A stretch of DNA of 64,000 bases from Tubulanus polymorphus (Eukaryota > Animalia > Nemertea), in the NCBI RefSeq assembly GCF_964204645.1, contig NC_134030.1, positions 4,258,778-4,322,777 of the forward strand. Reading direction: 5' to 3'. Below, piece by piece: positions 23,901-36,900 of this stretch (positions within the stretch are counted from its first letter, which is position 1; every line of letters starts with the position of its first letter). Below the pieces are notes generated by a model. It saw only the letters and a program-made list of their open reading frames with translations, searched no databases and was not told the origin of the DNA. A program made the position numbers and the translations under genes.

Positions 23901-26900
23901 TATAAAGTTTTTCACCACAAAGTGCATCTTCTCGTGTCCTTTCGCACACGCCAGAAATTACATATTTTACAAAACGAGGAACAAATAACATCGACCATGA
24001 GCTGAGCATTTCGCCGGATTCGAAACCGGTTCAGTGACAACTTCTCCCGCATGGCAGGAAACGCTTTCAAAACATGTACTTGTTCACATTTACAATAAGT
24101 CCGCTACACTGCCACAGGATTTACATATACATATATATCATCGATTTAAGGTGATAATCATCGGATGTTGTACAGATACGTCAATTTTGTTTGTCATGGA
24201 ATATAAAATAGCATTATTTTCCTTCATAATTTATTTCTTTCAAGACTCCAGTTGAATGAACATATCTAATAACAAAATTATACTCATGTTTCGCATTCGT
24301 TTGCTTTTCCTTTTTTACAAACATTGACAGGATTTTGAGTACAACGTTTTCATTCATCATCGCATTATCAATCCTCTATTCTCTTTTAGCATTTTTCTAG
24401 TTTTCAGTTTTTTTTTATCGCCTGGTTTTAAACGTGCGTGTGTGTGTTGACACAGTGGTACTGGTTTATCAAACTAAAATTGTCGTGAGAATTACAGTAG
24501 TTGATAATGGAACATTTCAATTTTTTCTAACTAGGGCATTATGAAAGAAGTAATGTCATTTCAGAGCTTTAACCGAGTCCAGAAATAATGGCAAAATCAG
24601 ACATTGATTTCATAAAGGACATACTTTATCGGGTTCACTAATGCAGAGGTTCAGGCAGTTTGATACAATGTTCCCGCAGTTATTTGAATTTCAAATTCCC
24701 AAGTTTTTCCCAAGTATACATCTGGTGATTTATCAATTTTCCCAAATGAAAATGTGGTCTTCGTAAAAGCGAACAGATACCATCATACCACAGTTGTGAC
24801 TGGTTGAATGAGGCGATTTTCAAGAAAAAGAGTTGCCCTATGGTAATCAGTTGATATCCCGGAACAATGCTAGATGAAGTGAAGAGAATTTGGCAAATAA
24901 TTCCAAGATTTTAGGGGAAAATTTATATAAAATTCCCATCATGAAATATTTCTAACATTTTTAGATAAACCTTTTAAACTCATTCAACAATTGCGTGATT
25001 TTTCATTCATTGTTTCTATCATCACGGATATCGAGATCTACCGATTCATACAAATCCTAAATATCTCTAAAGTGGAAAAACATAATTTTGAAATTCCAAC
25101 TGCGGGAACCATGTCGATGCCGGCAAATAAATTAATATCACGTAAACTCTTTTTCACACGATATCGATAATGAAAACAACTATTTTACAATGAGAACAAT
25201 ATGATATTAATGATATAAAATGGTTTAAACATTAATTCATTCATTGATTCACAGCCGATTAATGAATTACGTAAAACAAAATAAATTAGCAGGTTACAAT
25301 GCCGGGTTTCACATTTACGCAAACACATCATATGCACGAGAGGTGGTAACGAGTTTTTTTTTTTCATAGGATTTTTTCTCACAGTTAAAAAGAATGGATA
25401 AAACGTTCCACGTACTGGAAATTATATACAATAGTCATCGATAAAACGGACGATGGTTATCATTCAATGTTTGACGAGGAGAATAATATTCAATATCTAA
25501 CGCAATTTCGTCCTATTGATCAATCGATCCATCTATCTATTTATCACTTTTTAAATACATATTCTCCCAGCGAACTACTAACTATTGACACGCGCTACGT
25601 GAAATGAGGGAGACGATAGTCACTGAATAGCTGGGTTTTTTTTCGCTCCTAAGTTATGCTTAAAACGCTAAGCTATAGAAATCCACCATAAATTACTTTT
25701 AAATCATACGATATTTTCTAAGGATACACCTGCGTGGACCAGGCTCACGAAGCTAAGCGGTGTCTTACAGGATGCATGTGTTAAGACTTCCCCTAACAGA
25801 GCATTTTACATATACTTGTATATATTTAATACTGTCCCGGGCAGGGCACATGACACTGAAACACTAAAGCTATTTTTAATGACCTTGAAAGACTACAATT
25901 AATGAAACGAACAATATTTCTATAATAATGATTATAATAAATCTGGAGCCAGTTGTTCAAAAGTTGTTTATAGCAGGGAGGTCCACCTCCCTGGTTAAAG
26001 AAAACCGGCGGATAATATCGTAGTAAGAATGAACTTTGAATTGTCATTGTGATGTATTCACTGGTTTACTCTAACCACTGACTGTAAAACAATCATTTTA
26101 GAGTTAATGCTCAAATCAACTTTCGAGCAACCGGCGCCAGGCCGCTAATATTTAAATTACTGAATTCCTTCACAAGGAAATAAAACAAATCCAGAGGGAC
26201 CCGCCGTGGATCAATTTAGTAACGAAACACATGAACATAAACCACTCACGAGAGAGCGACACAAAATGAACTAAATATATGACATCATCTACGTACTTTG
26301 ATATAGATTTTTTCTAGTCGGCAGATGTTCAACTAAGACTAAGTATGCTGTAAACCCCGGTATATTCGAGTTACAGCACAACAGGGTTTCAATTTCCAAT
26401 TCATACAGTGGAACTGGGATATATAATGATTTTATCAGGTGCAATTGAGAATTTCACGCAGCAGTGAGTAGAGTGTCATGAAAAATCTGTTCGCCAACTA
26501 CTTAAACGTAATATAGTCGGATTGGTTTAATCAACATTTTGCTCAATGTCCTTGTATTTCGTCTAGCAGTAAGTTAATTGCCACATTTTTTCATACAGAT
26601 TTTCATTGAATCGTCTGAGGGTATCGAGCGAACTAAACAAGGCTACTCTCACCGATAAAAGCGCCAGTAGTTGCCACGTATGGTTTCCTACATCAACCTA
26701 TCATCAAAACAAAATTGATTCACAGAAAAACAGTTGAACGATCTGTCATATGACATTGTATACGTAGCTGTTATTGTAGGCAGAATTTGAACCCAAATGG
26801 TATCTATGTATGATCACCTGAACAGCTGGTTAAATATTTTTCCCCTAAAAATATGGCATATTTTCAATTTTCTACAACATAGCCAACGATTGATTAAACA

Positions 26901-27954
26901 AGATTTTTTGTTTAAACAAGGGTTCTTTATTTTTTGCCACCAAATGTTATCCTAACTTGTGTCAGAAAGGTGACTTCTGCTGACTGACTTCTACTAAGTG
27001 CTATCAGAAAGATATTTTCAAAAAAGAAAATGTCTCTTACCGGTAATCTCTTTACGTAGGACCCTCAGAAAGAAATAAATGAATACCAAAGGTTTCGTAA
27101 GAGGTAGGGAGCATTATGTGTACCCTTACCATAATTAAACTGGAGTAAAGGAACTTAGATCTCGGTTAAAAACTGACTCAGAAATTGAACATGGGAAATG
27201 AACTAAATGGACTCCGCAATCGAACTTTACCAACATCTGTCGAAACGGAATCGATGTAGATATGATGTCATAACGTGAACTGACTCGCCACAGCTGGGAA
27301 AAGCGATAACACAGTTATAATATTTGTTCGGTTATTTTACAGCCAGGTGCCACAACAACTCTTGCATTCGCACGAATTCATTCTATCTTCAACTATTCAC
27401 GTAATTACTCAGGTCTACATTTTACGTTTTAAAGTCAACATCTAATATAATCTTACAACACCGATTCACTATTCTCAAAGTCGACAACACTAAAGTATTA
27501 ATATTATATACTGTACATTAAATAGGACGTCACCGCTCAGCTGTTTACATTAATACGCACGTTGTAATCAGTATTTGCAGCCGTAACACCGCGTAGAAGC
27601 AACAAAGAGTCTATGACGTGAGCGCTCGAAAACAACACCGCCCGAACCACTTCACCTTTACATCTGCGTCACTGATCCTAATCGAGGTCGCATTTATACT
27701 CAATGAAGTATGTTCGTATGTTTAAAACATCCACTGATAATAGCATACTATCCCCCGCGCAACGACGACATCTCAGCCCCACGACACGAATACAGTAATC
27801 CGTTTTCTATTTCCATATCTCCGTATAGTATTCATCATCGTTGATAAACGAAGCTGAGGAAACATCAATGATAATGATATTAATAGTTAGAATAAGCAGT
27901 CAGCTCGACGTGATCACGCGTCGTTATAGCACCGCGGGTCGGCTCGTCGAATAT

Positions 27955-30900
27955 TCAGCTGTGTCCTTCCGATGACGTCGGTGAAACGATTCCAGAGCGG
28001 TTTTCACGACGAGCCTGTTCACGTTCGATGTAAACATTCACAAGTTTCAACTGTAACGAAATAAATTGACACAACAATCGGTTAGTCCAAACTGAGGAAG
28101 GAAATATCTATACAGGGTGGCCACTTTGATTAGACTTGCTCATTCTCTGACTTTTCGCCGACATGCACGTTGTTTACCCTGACTTGATCTGCTAATTATC
28201 CTATCAATTTACACAATCAATGTAAGACATAGATGATGGAAACAGTTTCATTTTACGCACGATCTAGCTATTTCAACAAATTTCCCCGCCTTCTAGTTTT
28301 TTTTCTAAATTCCCCGAAAATTCCAACTTGTCCGTGATTTCCAGGTATCGAGCGGCCAACCTGACTACTTCGTCAACTCGTAAAAATCTCACCTTGCTTC
28401 CATTCAATTCGGATAAATAAGATCGTAGCTCCTCACCAATCACCATATACACGGCAACAATACAGAATACACTAGCCTTCCGTACGGGACTCTCTTTATC
28501 ATTACAGCCCTACAATCAAAATATTATACATTAAAGATCGCTAACAACGGATATAAAAAGCATTTGTCACAATTGATGAAATTAAAAGCATTTGTCGATC
28601 TTTTTGTCATCCATTGAATAATCTGAAGAGCATATTCGCATACTCCGCACAACGGCATAACACATGAGACGATTTAGCCCGGATTCAGGGACCGAGTCAA
28701 ATTTGACCGGTGCGTTATCAGAGCGCGCGTTCACACGCAAGTCACTCACTCGTTACTAAAATGCTATCGGAACGATGAGGTGAGATACTTCCAGAGCCAG
28801 TAAGCATTCACGCAGAATAATTTGACCTGAGCTAAAATTTAGCACAGGCCTGATCCCGACATTCTTCAAATTTGGCCCTCGTCAAACAAGCACGGACCCA
28901 TTGGAAGTGTAAATGATTGGCCCAGGTTAAAAACATTTGTTTGATCACAGTTCTTGGGTATATTGTATATACCTTTATCAGTCCGGGCATGATATCCGGT
29001 ACTAATTTCACCAGGTCATCGTATTGCATTTTTTCGATGACTTTGTTCTCGATTTTGATGGCGGCGTGATTGATCGGCCAATCAGCTGTCTCGACGATCG
29101 GGCGTAAAATGCGTAAACACTGGTCGGCAGGTAGTGACTGTGATATAGTATTCGCACACTCCTCGGCAACTCGCACCACCTAGTGGAGAAAATCAGAATC
29201 AGATAATACATTCCCTATGTTATTCCTTCACACCTGATGATGGCCTCCTGAGAGAGAGAGCTTCTAATCTTTTATTTTAGTTCTTGATGAATAAATATCG
29301 TTTTTAATCTTCTAAATTTATATATGGCGAGTTTTAATCTTATCTTTTCTCCACGTCTGAGTGAACGGGTTAAAATGGTAATAACCATAATCATCATCTA
29401 TCAGTATTATGACAAATGCAGAATAAAACAATCTCTTGTCATCCTCTTCCTATTGCGTAATTTCACTACGATTTTTTAATGATAGTTGAGATTCCCTATA
29501 ACTATGGTGCTGCTGCATGGCATTTGTTTATAGACAAAAACTTTTTCAAGATTTTTCAAGATAAGCTATCACTGATAAATGCAACTGTAGTTCTAGATGT
29601 ACGTACCTCTCTGACGGTGTCTTTGTGCGCTTCTAGAATCCGTAAAATTGTTAATTCTGCATAATCTTTGAATCGCGACGACTGACTCACTAACAATTCT
29701 TTCAGTGCTTCCAGCGTGAATGCTCGAATCTGATCCTGAAATAATCACAATATCGAATGTATCTCTCTTTATCTAAGGTTTAAAGGTAACTACTACAAGA
29801 GAGTAAGACACTACAACATTCAAAACACTTTTAATTTAGCGTTCACACTAATGAAAAGTCTGTTCTGAAACTAACCAAAAAGACCGATGAAGGTCCATTC
29901 TGAAATTTAGAATGGACCTGCATTTCCGTGTGCGTGAATAGAAACTTTGCTTTCATTGCCTGTCAATCAGTGTGGCATCTAGCTGGACCAGTGATAATGG
30001 CTCATTTTAAAACGTGTGTGAACGCACAATCGATTTTACCGGTCCTACATTGGTCTGTTCCAGTTATGAACCAAACTAGGCCAGACTAACCTAGCGATAG
30101 TGCGAACGCGGTTATAGATTGAACGGAGCATACCTCATTATCACCTAACGTTTCCAGCAGCATGAGTAAAATATTCTTAAAATGTTCGTCCCATAAACCT
30201 AAATCATCTACAGTGCCATCGTGCGTCACTTTGATTAATACTTTGAGGGCATTTTTTCGTTCTTCATTGCTGAAAACATGAAACATAAATTGAATGAGTT
30301 CCAAAACAAAAGGCCTACATGAAGGGAAGCACCTTTCAGTACGTCTACACCGCAGTGCGGAGTGAAAATCGGTGATGGTTTTTGCTAGTACACTGCACTG
30401 CGGTGTATTGATGTAATAAGTAATTAGTTTTTATCTCTATTGAAAAATGGCAGCACCTGTCAAACATAGTGAAATATTAGTAACTAACGATACACTGCAC
30501 CGCGGTGTAGACGCACTATAGTGGTATTCCCGTTATTCAACACACTAGGGTGGAATTTTTCAAAATTTTCAAATTATCTTCAGCACTATAGGATATTAAT
30601 TAGTCAGCACTGAAAGGGTTAAATGAATTATTACTTACCGTTCATTATGATTTGATAGTTCTGTGAGTATATCGACTATAACATCGTTTTGGTCAATTGG
30701 TGCTTCTACAAATACAAACGATAATCTTGAGATTATTTTCACATCCAATACTTGCCTAAAAATGATTATAAACAAGTGTTATTCTAAACTTATGCTACGA
30801 TATGGAATAAAATATAAGGGAAACTATGATACTTTGTAATAATACATATCTAAGCATGGAGGTGGGGCATACGCAGTCCACATGGTTTAAGAAAATCAAA

Positions 30901-33900
30901 AGAAATCAAATCAAGTTTCCTAGTTAGGTAATCTTTGTTATAATTGAGGAAATCTGTGGTTACATCATCAATAATCTAAGAGTATTCGAGCTTAAGACAG
31001 TAACTAACTAGAGAAATATTGTTTGAATGAAGCCATGCAGTAATATATTGGAATACATGCACTACTATCAAACTGGTATAGATGCAATCTCTGAATTACG
31101 TAAAATCTAATTGAAATATAGGATCGCTATTCTTTGATTTATTCCTCACCATTCAACAAAGGAAATCCGAGCAAAGATTGCCACGGAGCTGAGAAAACAA
31201 AATAGAAACAATGAATAACGCGTAAACTGAAAATATAAAACCTAATCTACATAGGCAATCTCCGTGAAGAGATGAACTCCAACAACTAAAATGATAGAAA
31301 ACTAAGAAGTGCAAGCTAGTTTGTTGATATGTAAGAAATATTGCAGTCTGCGTGAACTGCTGAACTATTTGAAGATGTACGAAAGATTTGCAATCATAGA
31401 TACAGTAGTATGTTAAACTAATCTACGCTGATATATGCCAACCCAAATCCGAGTTAACAAGACATAACCTGGCCAAATAACCATTTGTTTATACTTCCAC
31501 CGGATATGGAAAACCTTCACAGGGAATTTATCAAGCGCCAGTTGATCAGTTGTACGGTTTTAAGACCTGTCAGATTCTTAGTGTTCACATACACGGAAAA
31601 AATCCATATCACCAATAAATAGCGCCGATGATAATAGTACACGTTAGGAGTCAATCAAGCAAGATAAGAAATTTGTATGTAAATATATAAAATACAAGAT
31701 GAGAAAACAGTCAGCAGTTATGAAGCTGCGAGATACCTTTTTTATTTTCACTGCTGCTAGTTACCGGACTTTTGTTTTTGCCGTTTTTGTCTAGATAGAT
31801 AAGAAACAACAAACCGGACAGATGAGAAAAATGAGGTGACTTCATGTAATAACCTGTAGCCTCAGCAGGGCTGACTGCGGTGATAATGACATTCACAAAT
31901 AAACGACACCGCGACGAGATACGTATTGAGTGTACAAATGAAAATGTGCGTTATTACGATGTGTAAAGCTAGAAATAGACATCCTCGCTTGCCAGGGTTT
32001 TATCGCCTGTTGCCGAAGCTAACGCCAACACAAACCGTCGCCGCAGACCCTTCAATGGTCTATTACACCACCCAAGATTTCTTGGGTGGACATGTTGCCG
32101 CTCAGCAGCCACCAGTCTATGTATGAGGCCAATCAGATGCAATTTTTTTCAGGGGCTGAGATCAGGGTTTGCATTAGCGTTAGCTTTGGTGGGAGGCAAT
32201 CAAACCATGGCAAGCGAGGTTAGAAATAGAATGCAACGCTCAGAGAGTCAGAGCTGCCATTGGTGAATACAACATTCATTAATATATAGTACTCTTGAGT
32301 ACTGCAGTTTTTGTGTCAAAATGTATATTCACCTTCATAAATTTCATTATCAGCGTCAAATACTGCTTCATCTAATGCTGTACGGTTATAACCATTTAAC
32401 TGAAAAAAATACCAACTGTGTGAATTTTCAGTACAAGAGACGAACGGACATAAGTTAAAAAATTACAAATTTTTTTTTCTCGATCCATGTTTCAAATTCC
32501 CACTAATTTTCTATGAACGTCCCTTTACCCCCAAAATTAGGCAGATTTCAATTGGTTTCTACCTATTCTGGAATAGCATAATCTATCAACCTGATAGGTA
32601 GAGACTTCGTAATCTGGAATTGCTATTCCTAAAATCCGATGAGGTTCAATTGAAACCTGCTTTAGTTCTAGCACAGATATTGCGTGTAGGCAATACAAGG
32701 CATACAAATTCAAGTCGTAAGACCCCCCTTAAAGTAAAACTTATGATGCAACGCCCTGAAAATAAGTTAAGACATAGGCCATATGTGTTTACCGGGTAGT
32801 ATGCGTTCTAAAGATAAGAAATTTCAGGTGCACTCACATCATCTTCATACTGTGAAGGATTATATAGTTGTTTTTTACGGTTAGCCGCCTCGTGAAGGTC
32901 GGTGAGGCTGCTCTGTATTCCGCTGTCTTGCGACGACGTTTCGTTCTGTTTTTTCAAGTCGTCGTACGGCGAGTCGAGTTTACTGTTGAAACTCAGATTC
33001 TGAATATCGGCCGACGTTTTACAGATCGAGTTATAAATCTCGTCCGGGTCCATGTTCTCCGTTTCCATTTCGTCGCAAATTTGCCTACGGAAAGAATTAA
33101 CGACAAAAAGAGTTCAGTATCATTCTTTAAGATCACTTCTTCCCATACATATTAATATCAGTAACAAACAACAAGTATTATACACATGATAGACCCTATT
33201 AAATAAATTACATTTCATTAACCGGTATTTGAAATATCGGTTTTTTCAAATAAATCTCTGGAGATGGGTAGAAACATCCTCCCGAACTCGCTTCCACCAG
33301 CCTCCTGGCCTCACGAAGCGTGATTTCATTACTGGCGCTGTTGTGCATGACGTCATATATCGATTTGCGAAATATTTCCTTGTTCAGTAAAACGTTCGCT
33401 GATTGGTCCATTTAACGGGAAAACCAATAGAAGCCTAAAGTCGTTTGTTACAAGCGCTGTGATTGGTACGACCGGATTCTGGTCGGCTAGTAACGACTCC
33501 AACGACTCGTGAGGTCAAGGGGTTCGGCGAACAGCTTTAACGTAGTGGGTTCGAATCCCTTGACGCGTGAAGATGGGGTAGAAAGTACATGTATTCTACT
33601 CAAAACTTCAGAGTGACAGGTTTTTCATTTTTATCTTCAATAGTTTGGGTCTTTTATATACATTGAAACACACGGTTCATCGAAATACAAACCTAGAGGA
33701 TGGTTTAATTCTTTGTGAAGGAGTGTGTCCAGCGTGGCGAGTGTTATACTTAGGTGCCAGCACATCGGTATCTCTGGATGATGTCTTCATATGACTCTGT
33801 AAGATCTTGGTGGCACTGTCCTGTTACAAAAATGAAATGTTTACAAAAAATTAGATCCTTTTTTTAGATCAAAATCAACAAACCAGCTGCTTATTTCTGA

Positions 33901-36900
33901 CTAGAATGAAATATGCAACAATCTGGAGCCAGTTTTTTCAAAAACGAGACATACCTGGAACGCCTTCGGTAACCCGGAGACTAGACGAGAAAATTCAGCC
34001 GAATTCAGGTCAAACAAAGCCTTTATCACAGCACTAGAACCCTGTAAATATCCAATAACGAGGAAATTAGCTATAATGAATTATTTAGCGCATTGGAAAA
34101 AATGTACAATGTTTAAGGGTAAGCATATGCAGCAATTGAGGAAAGAGTTGTTCAGAGAAATTTGCTTAAGTTTCGATGGCGGAATCAGGGGTTGTGTAAC
34201 GGGGTAGTTGATTAAATAGTCCATTAGCCGGGAAATCCATTCTCCAGACAGTTGAGCAATATCGCAAAAATGATACAGATAATTTCGAAAACTGTCATTA
34301 TTGCACAGCGACGAAGAACATCAGGCTCTACAGACTGAATATCTGAAGCAGTCGAGTAAGAATTCCTACCTTCCTGACTTGGGCGCTCCTCGGTTCGGTA
34401 ATCCACGTCAGAATACGAGAAACGGCCAAACGATTTTCGCTTGAATTCACGAAATCCGACGGATCCATCTGGATGATGATCGAGTGAAGAAACGTCAAAA
34501 TGGCCTCTTTCACCTACAACGATGACCGAGACAAATTCATAATTGTAAAATCGAGACGAGACCGGTGCACGATGATCGAAGAAAGGCATTCTATAATATG
34601 TATATTCCCACTTGAATGGTTTCTAATTCATAAGCTTCATAATTACACGAAATACTCATCATAACAATGTTAAATTTTTGAGGAAAAACTCAACAAAAAA
34701 AAAAAAAAACTTCCAAAAGAATGATATTTAAACAGCTCCCGATGAATATCAATTTCACCCAAACAATTGATTTACAGAAGGAAAGGATGAATTTAAAACA
34801 TGCAACAAATACATTTTGCTGATTCGGGAACTGTTTAAATCGAATTTTCTTAACAACGAAAGAATGAATAAAATATAAGAATACATCGAAATTGAAACAA
34901 AAATATTCCCCGGGAGATATACGTGTTTTGAGAACTTAAATATCAACTGTTTGTGTGAGCAGTAAGCTAGAGGTCATCTTTTAATAGATTTGATTCTGGA
35001 TATTTGAACAGATTATTAATATAAGCTATAATTATGAAGCTATGCAGTAACAGCAGATGACAATTTCATATGAATCGCTGGCACTTTTTTTATCTGCTGA
35101 GGGTGGAATGAAGCTTCAATTTTTCGATTTATTTGATTTTCAACGTGGCAGAATAAAGCTATGTATATAGCATATATATTCTCTTGTGGGCCAGCAGCCA
35201 TCTGAAGGTTGGCTTAAGGCTTCTTTTCATCGCAGTAAGATAATTACATATCGATTAAGGCTAATAAGTAAGATCCCTCGGTAGTTTCGAGGACTGCTTC
35301 CACAGTTTGAGAAATTTCTTCTTATATAATATGACTGGCGATAAGTAGAGGAGAGCGAATTAACAAGAAATGATGATCATATGTTTTGTGTTCAACTTTT
35401 CTGAATGTAGCCTACAACTGCACAAGCATGCCATTTACCAGCAGCATTCGTGAACTAAAACCAAAAACGAAAAGAAAATATTTCGGCCTCATGCCCCATG
35501 CAAAGCCATCTATATTGTATCATACTTCATTCAGAAATATTCTAAACCTATTAGCGTATTGGATGAGCGAATTTACTGCTCCGGTTACAATCTAATTGAA
35601 CTACGGGTAGAAAATGATATCTCTGAGTGAATTTAGTTGAAGCGGCTCTCGTTAATTCCTAAGAATATTACAAAATATCAAAATCCCATGTGCACATGTA
35701 ACATGGACGTTGCTGAAATATCACAAACATGTTTACAGTTTGTACTGTACTCCACTTACTAATTGACGACTTGTTTTTTCAGCGATATATTGCTTAATCC
35801 CGGGTACACGGCTCATTTACATCTTAATAACATGACCTTAAAAACCACTGCCATCGATGTTATGTCGGCGTTTGTGATTTTTATGGTCATGTTAAGGCCT
35901 AAATAAAGTAGGTACCCCCGAAATTAAGCAAAATATTGCAGAAAAAAAGGCTCGTCAATCGATAAATGGACTACAGTCTCATATATCAAATCAGTGCAAT
36001 CAGTTCACATACAAGTGATATCTCCACAAAAATGATGTTTTGATGGCATGATTGTGCAGTTTGAATCTGATGAAATCTCTCGAGTACAACAATTCGTTTG
36101 ATCTCATTATAAACGACACAATTCGAACGGAAAAACAGACATGGTGTCAAAACGAAAATCACAAAAAAAAAACTTCCGGAAACAACCTTCTGGATCCAAT
36201 TTCACAGTCGGGAATGAGTTAACTCTCGAGTTGAATAAATCCATTTTCAATGAGTTAAACACTCGGTTCAAATCTAAACTCACTCTGACTGTGGAACTGG
36301 GTCCTGCTGGTGTTATGTTATAATGAGATCAGACCGACTCGACGATAATAAATGAACTGATTTTTAGACGCGTTCTGTTGTGTCTTACGGAGTTGATATT
36401 CAAGTAGCTGAATTCTCCAGCATGGCTGTTCATGTTAACACTATTATCCTACAGCAAACAACAAACACATTAAACAATACATCTCTCACTCTCTCATTGA
36501 TCTCACTTCATTAATCGTCATTCAGCAGTTTTTCATTCACAGGCAAATAACGAAGTTCAAAAAGGTCAGGATAGTACTGGGTTAAAGTGAAGATATCTTA
36601 TGACCTCAGCCATTGGAAGGGTCAGACTACAATAACTGACTATCAACAAGTATCATAACATGTAGTAAATTCAGCGGTCAATGAATAGTAGATCAATTGA
36701 AACCATTTGGCAGATACACCATGTATATGTGTGAGCTAAAACTAGTGTAAACCTTTCAACGAAAATATAGACTTTAACTCACTATAGAAGAATTAGCTAC
36801 AGCTATTTCAACATCAGATTTAGTTTTGAAATCGAGTTGGACTTTTTTCTATCTCAAGCTATATTTCGAGCGTACGTATTTTGTATCTTATTAGTTCAAC

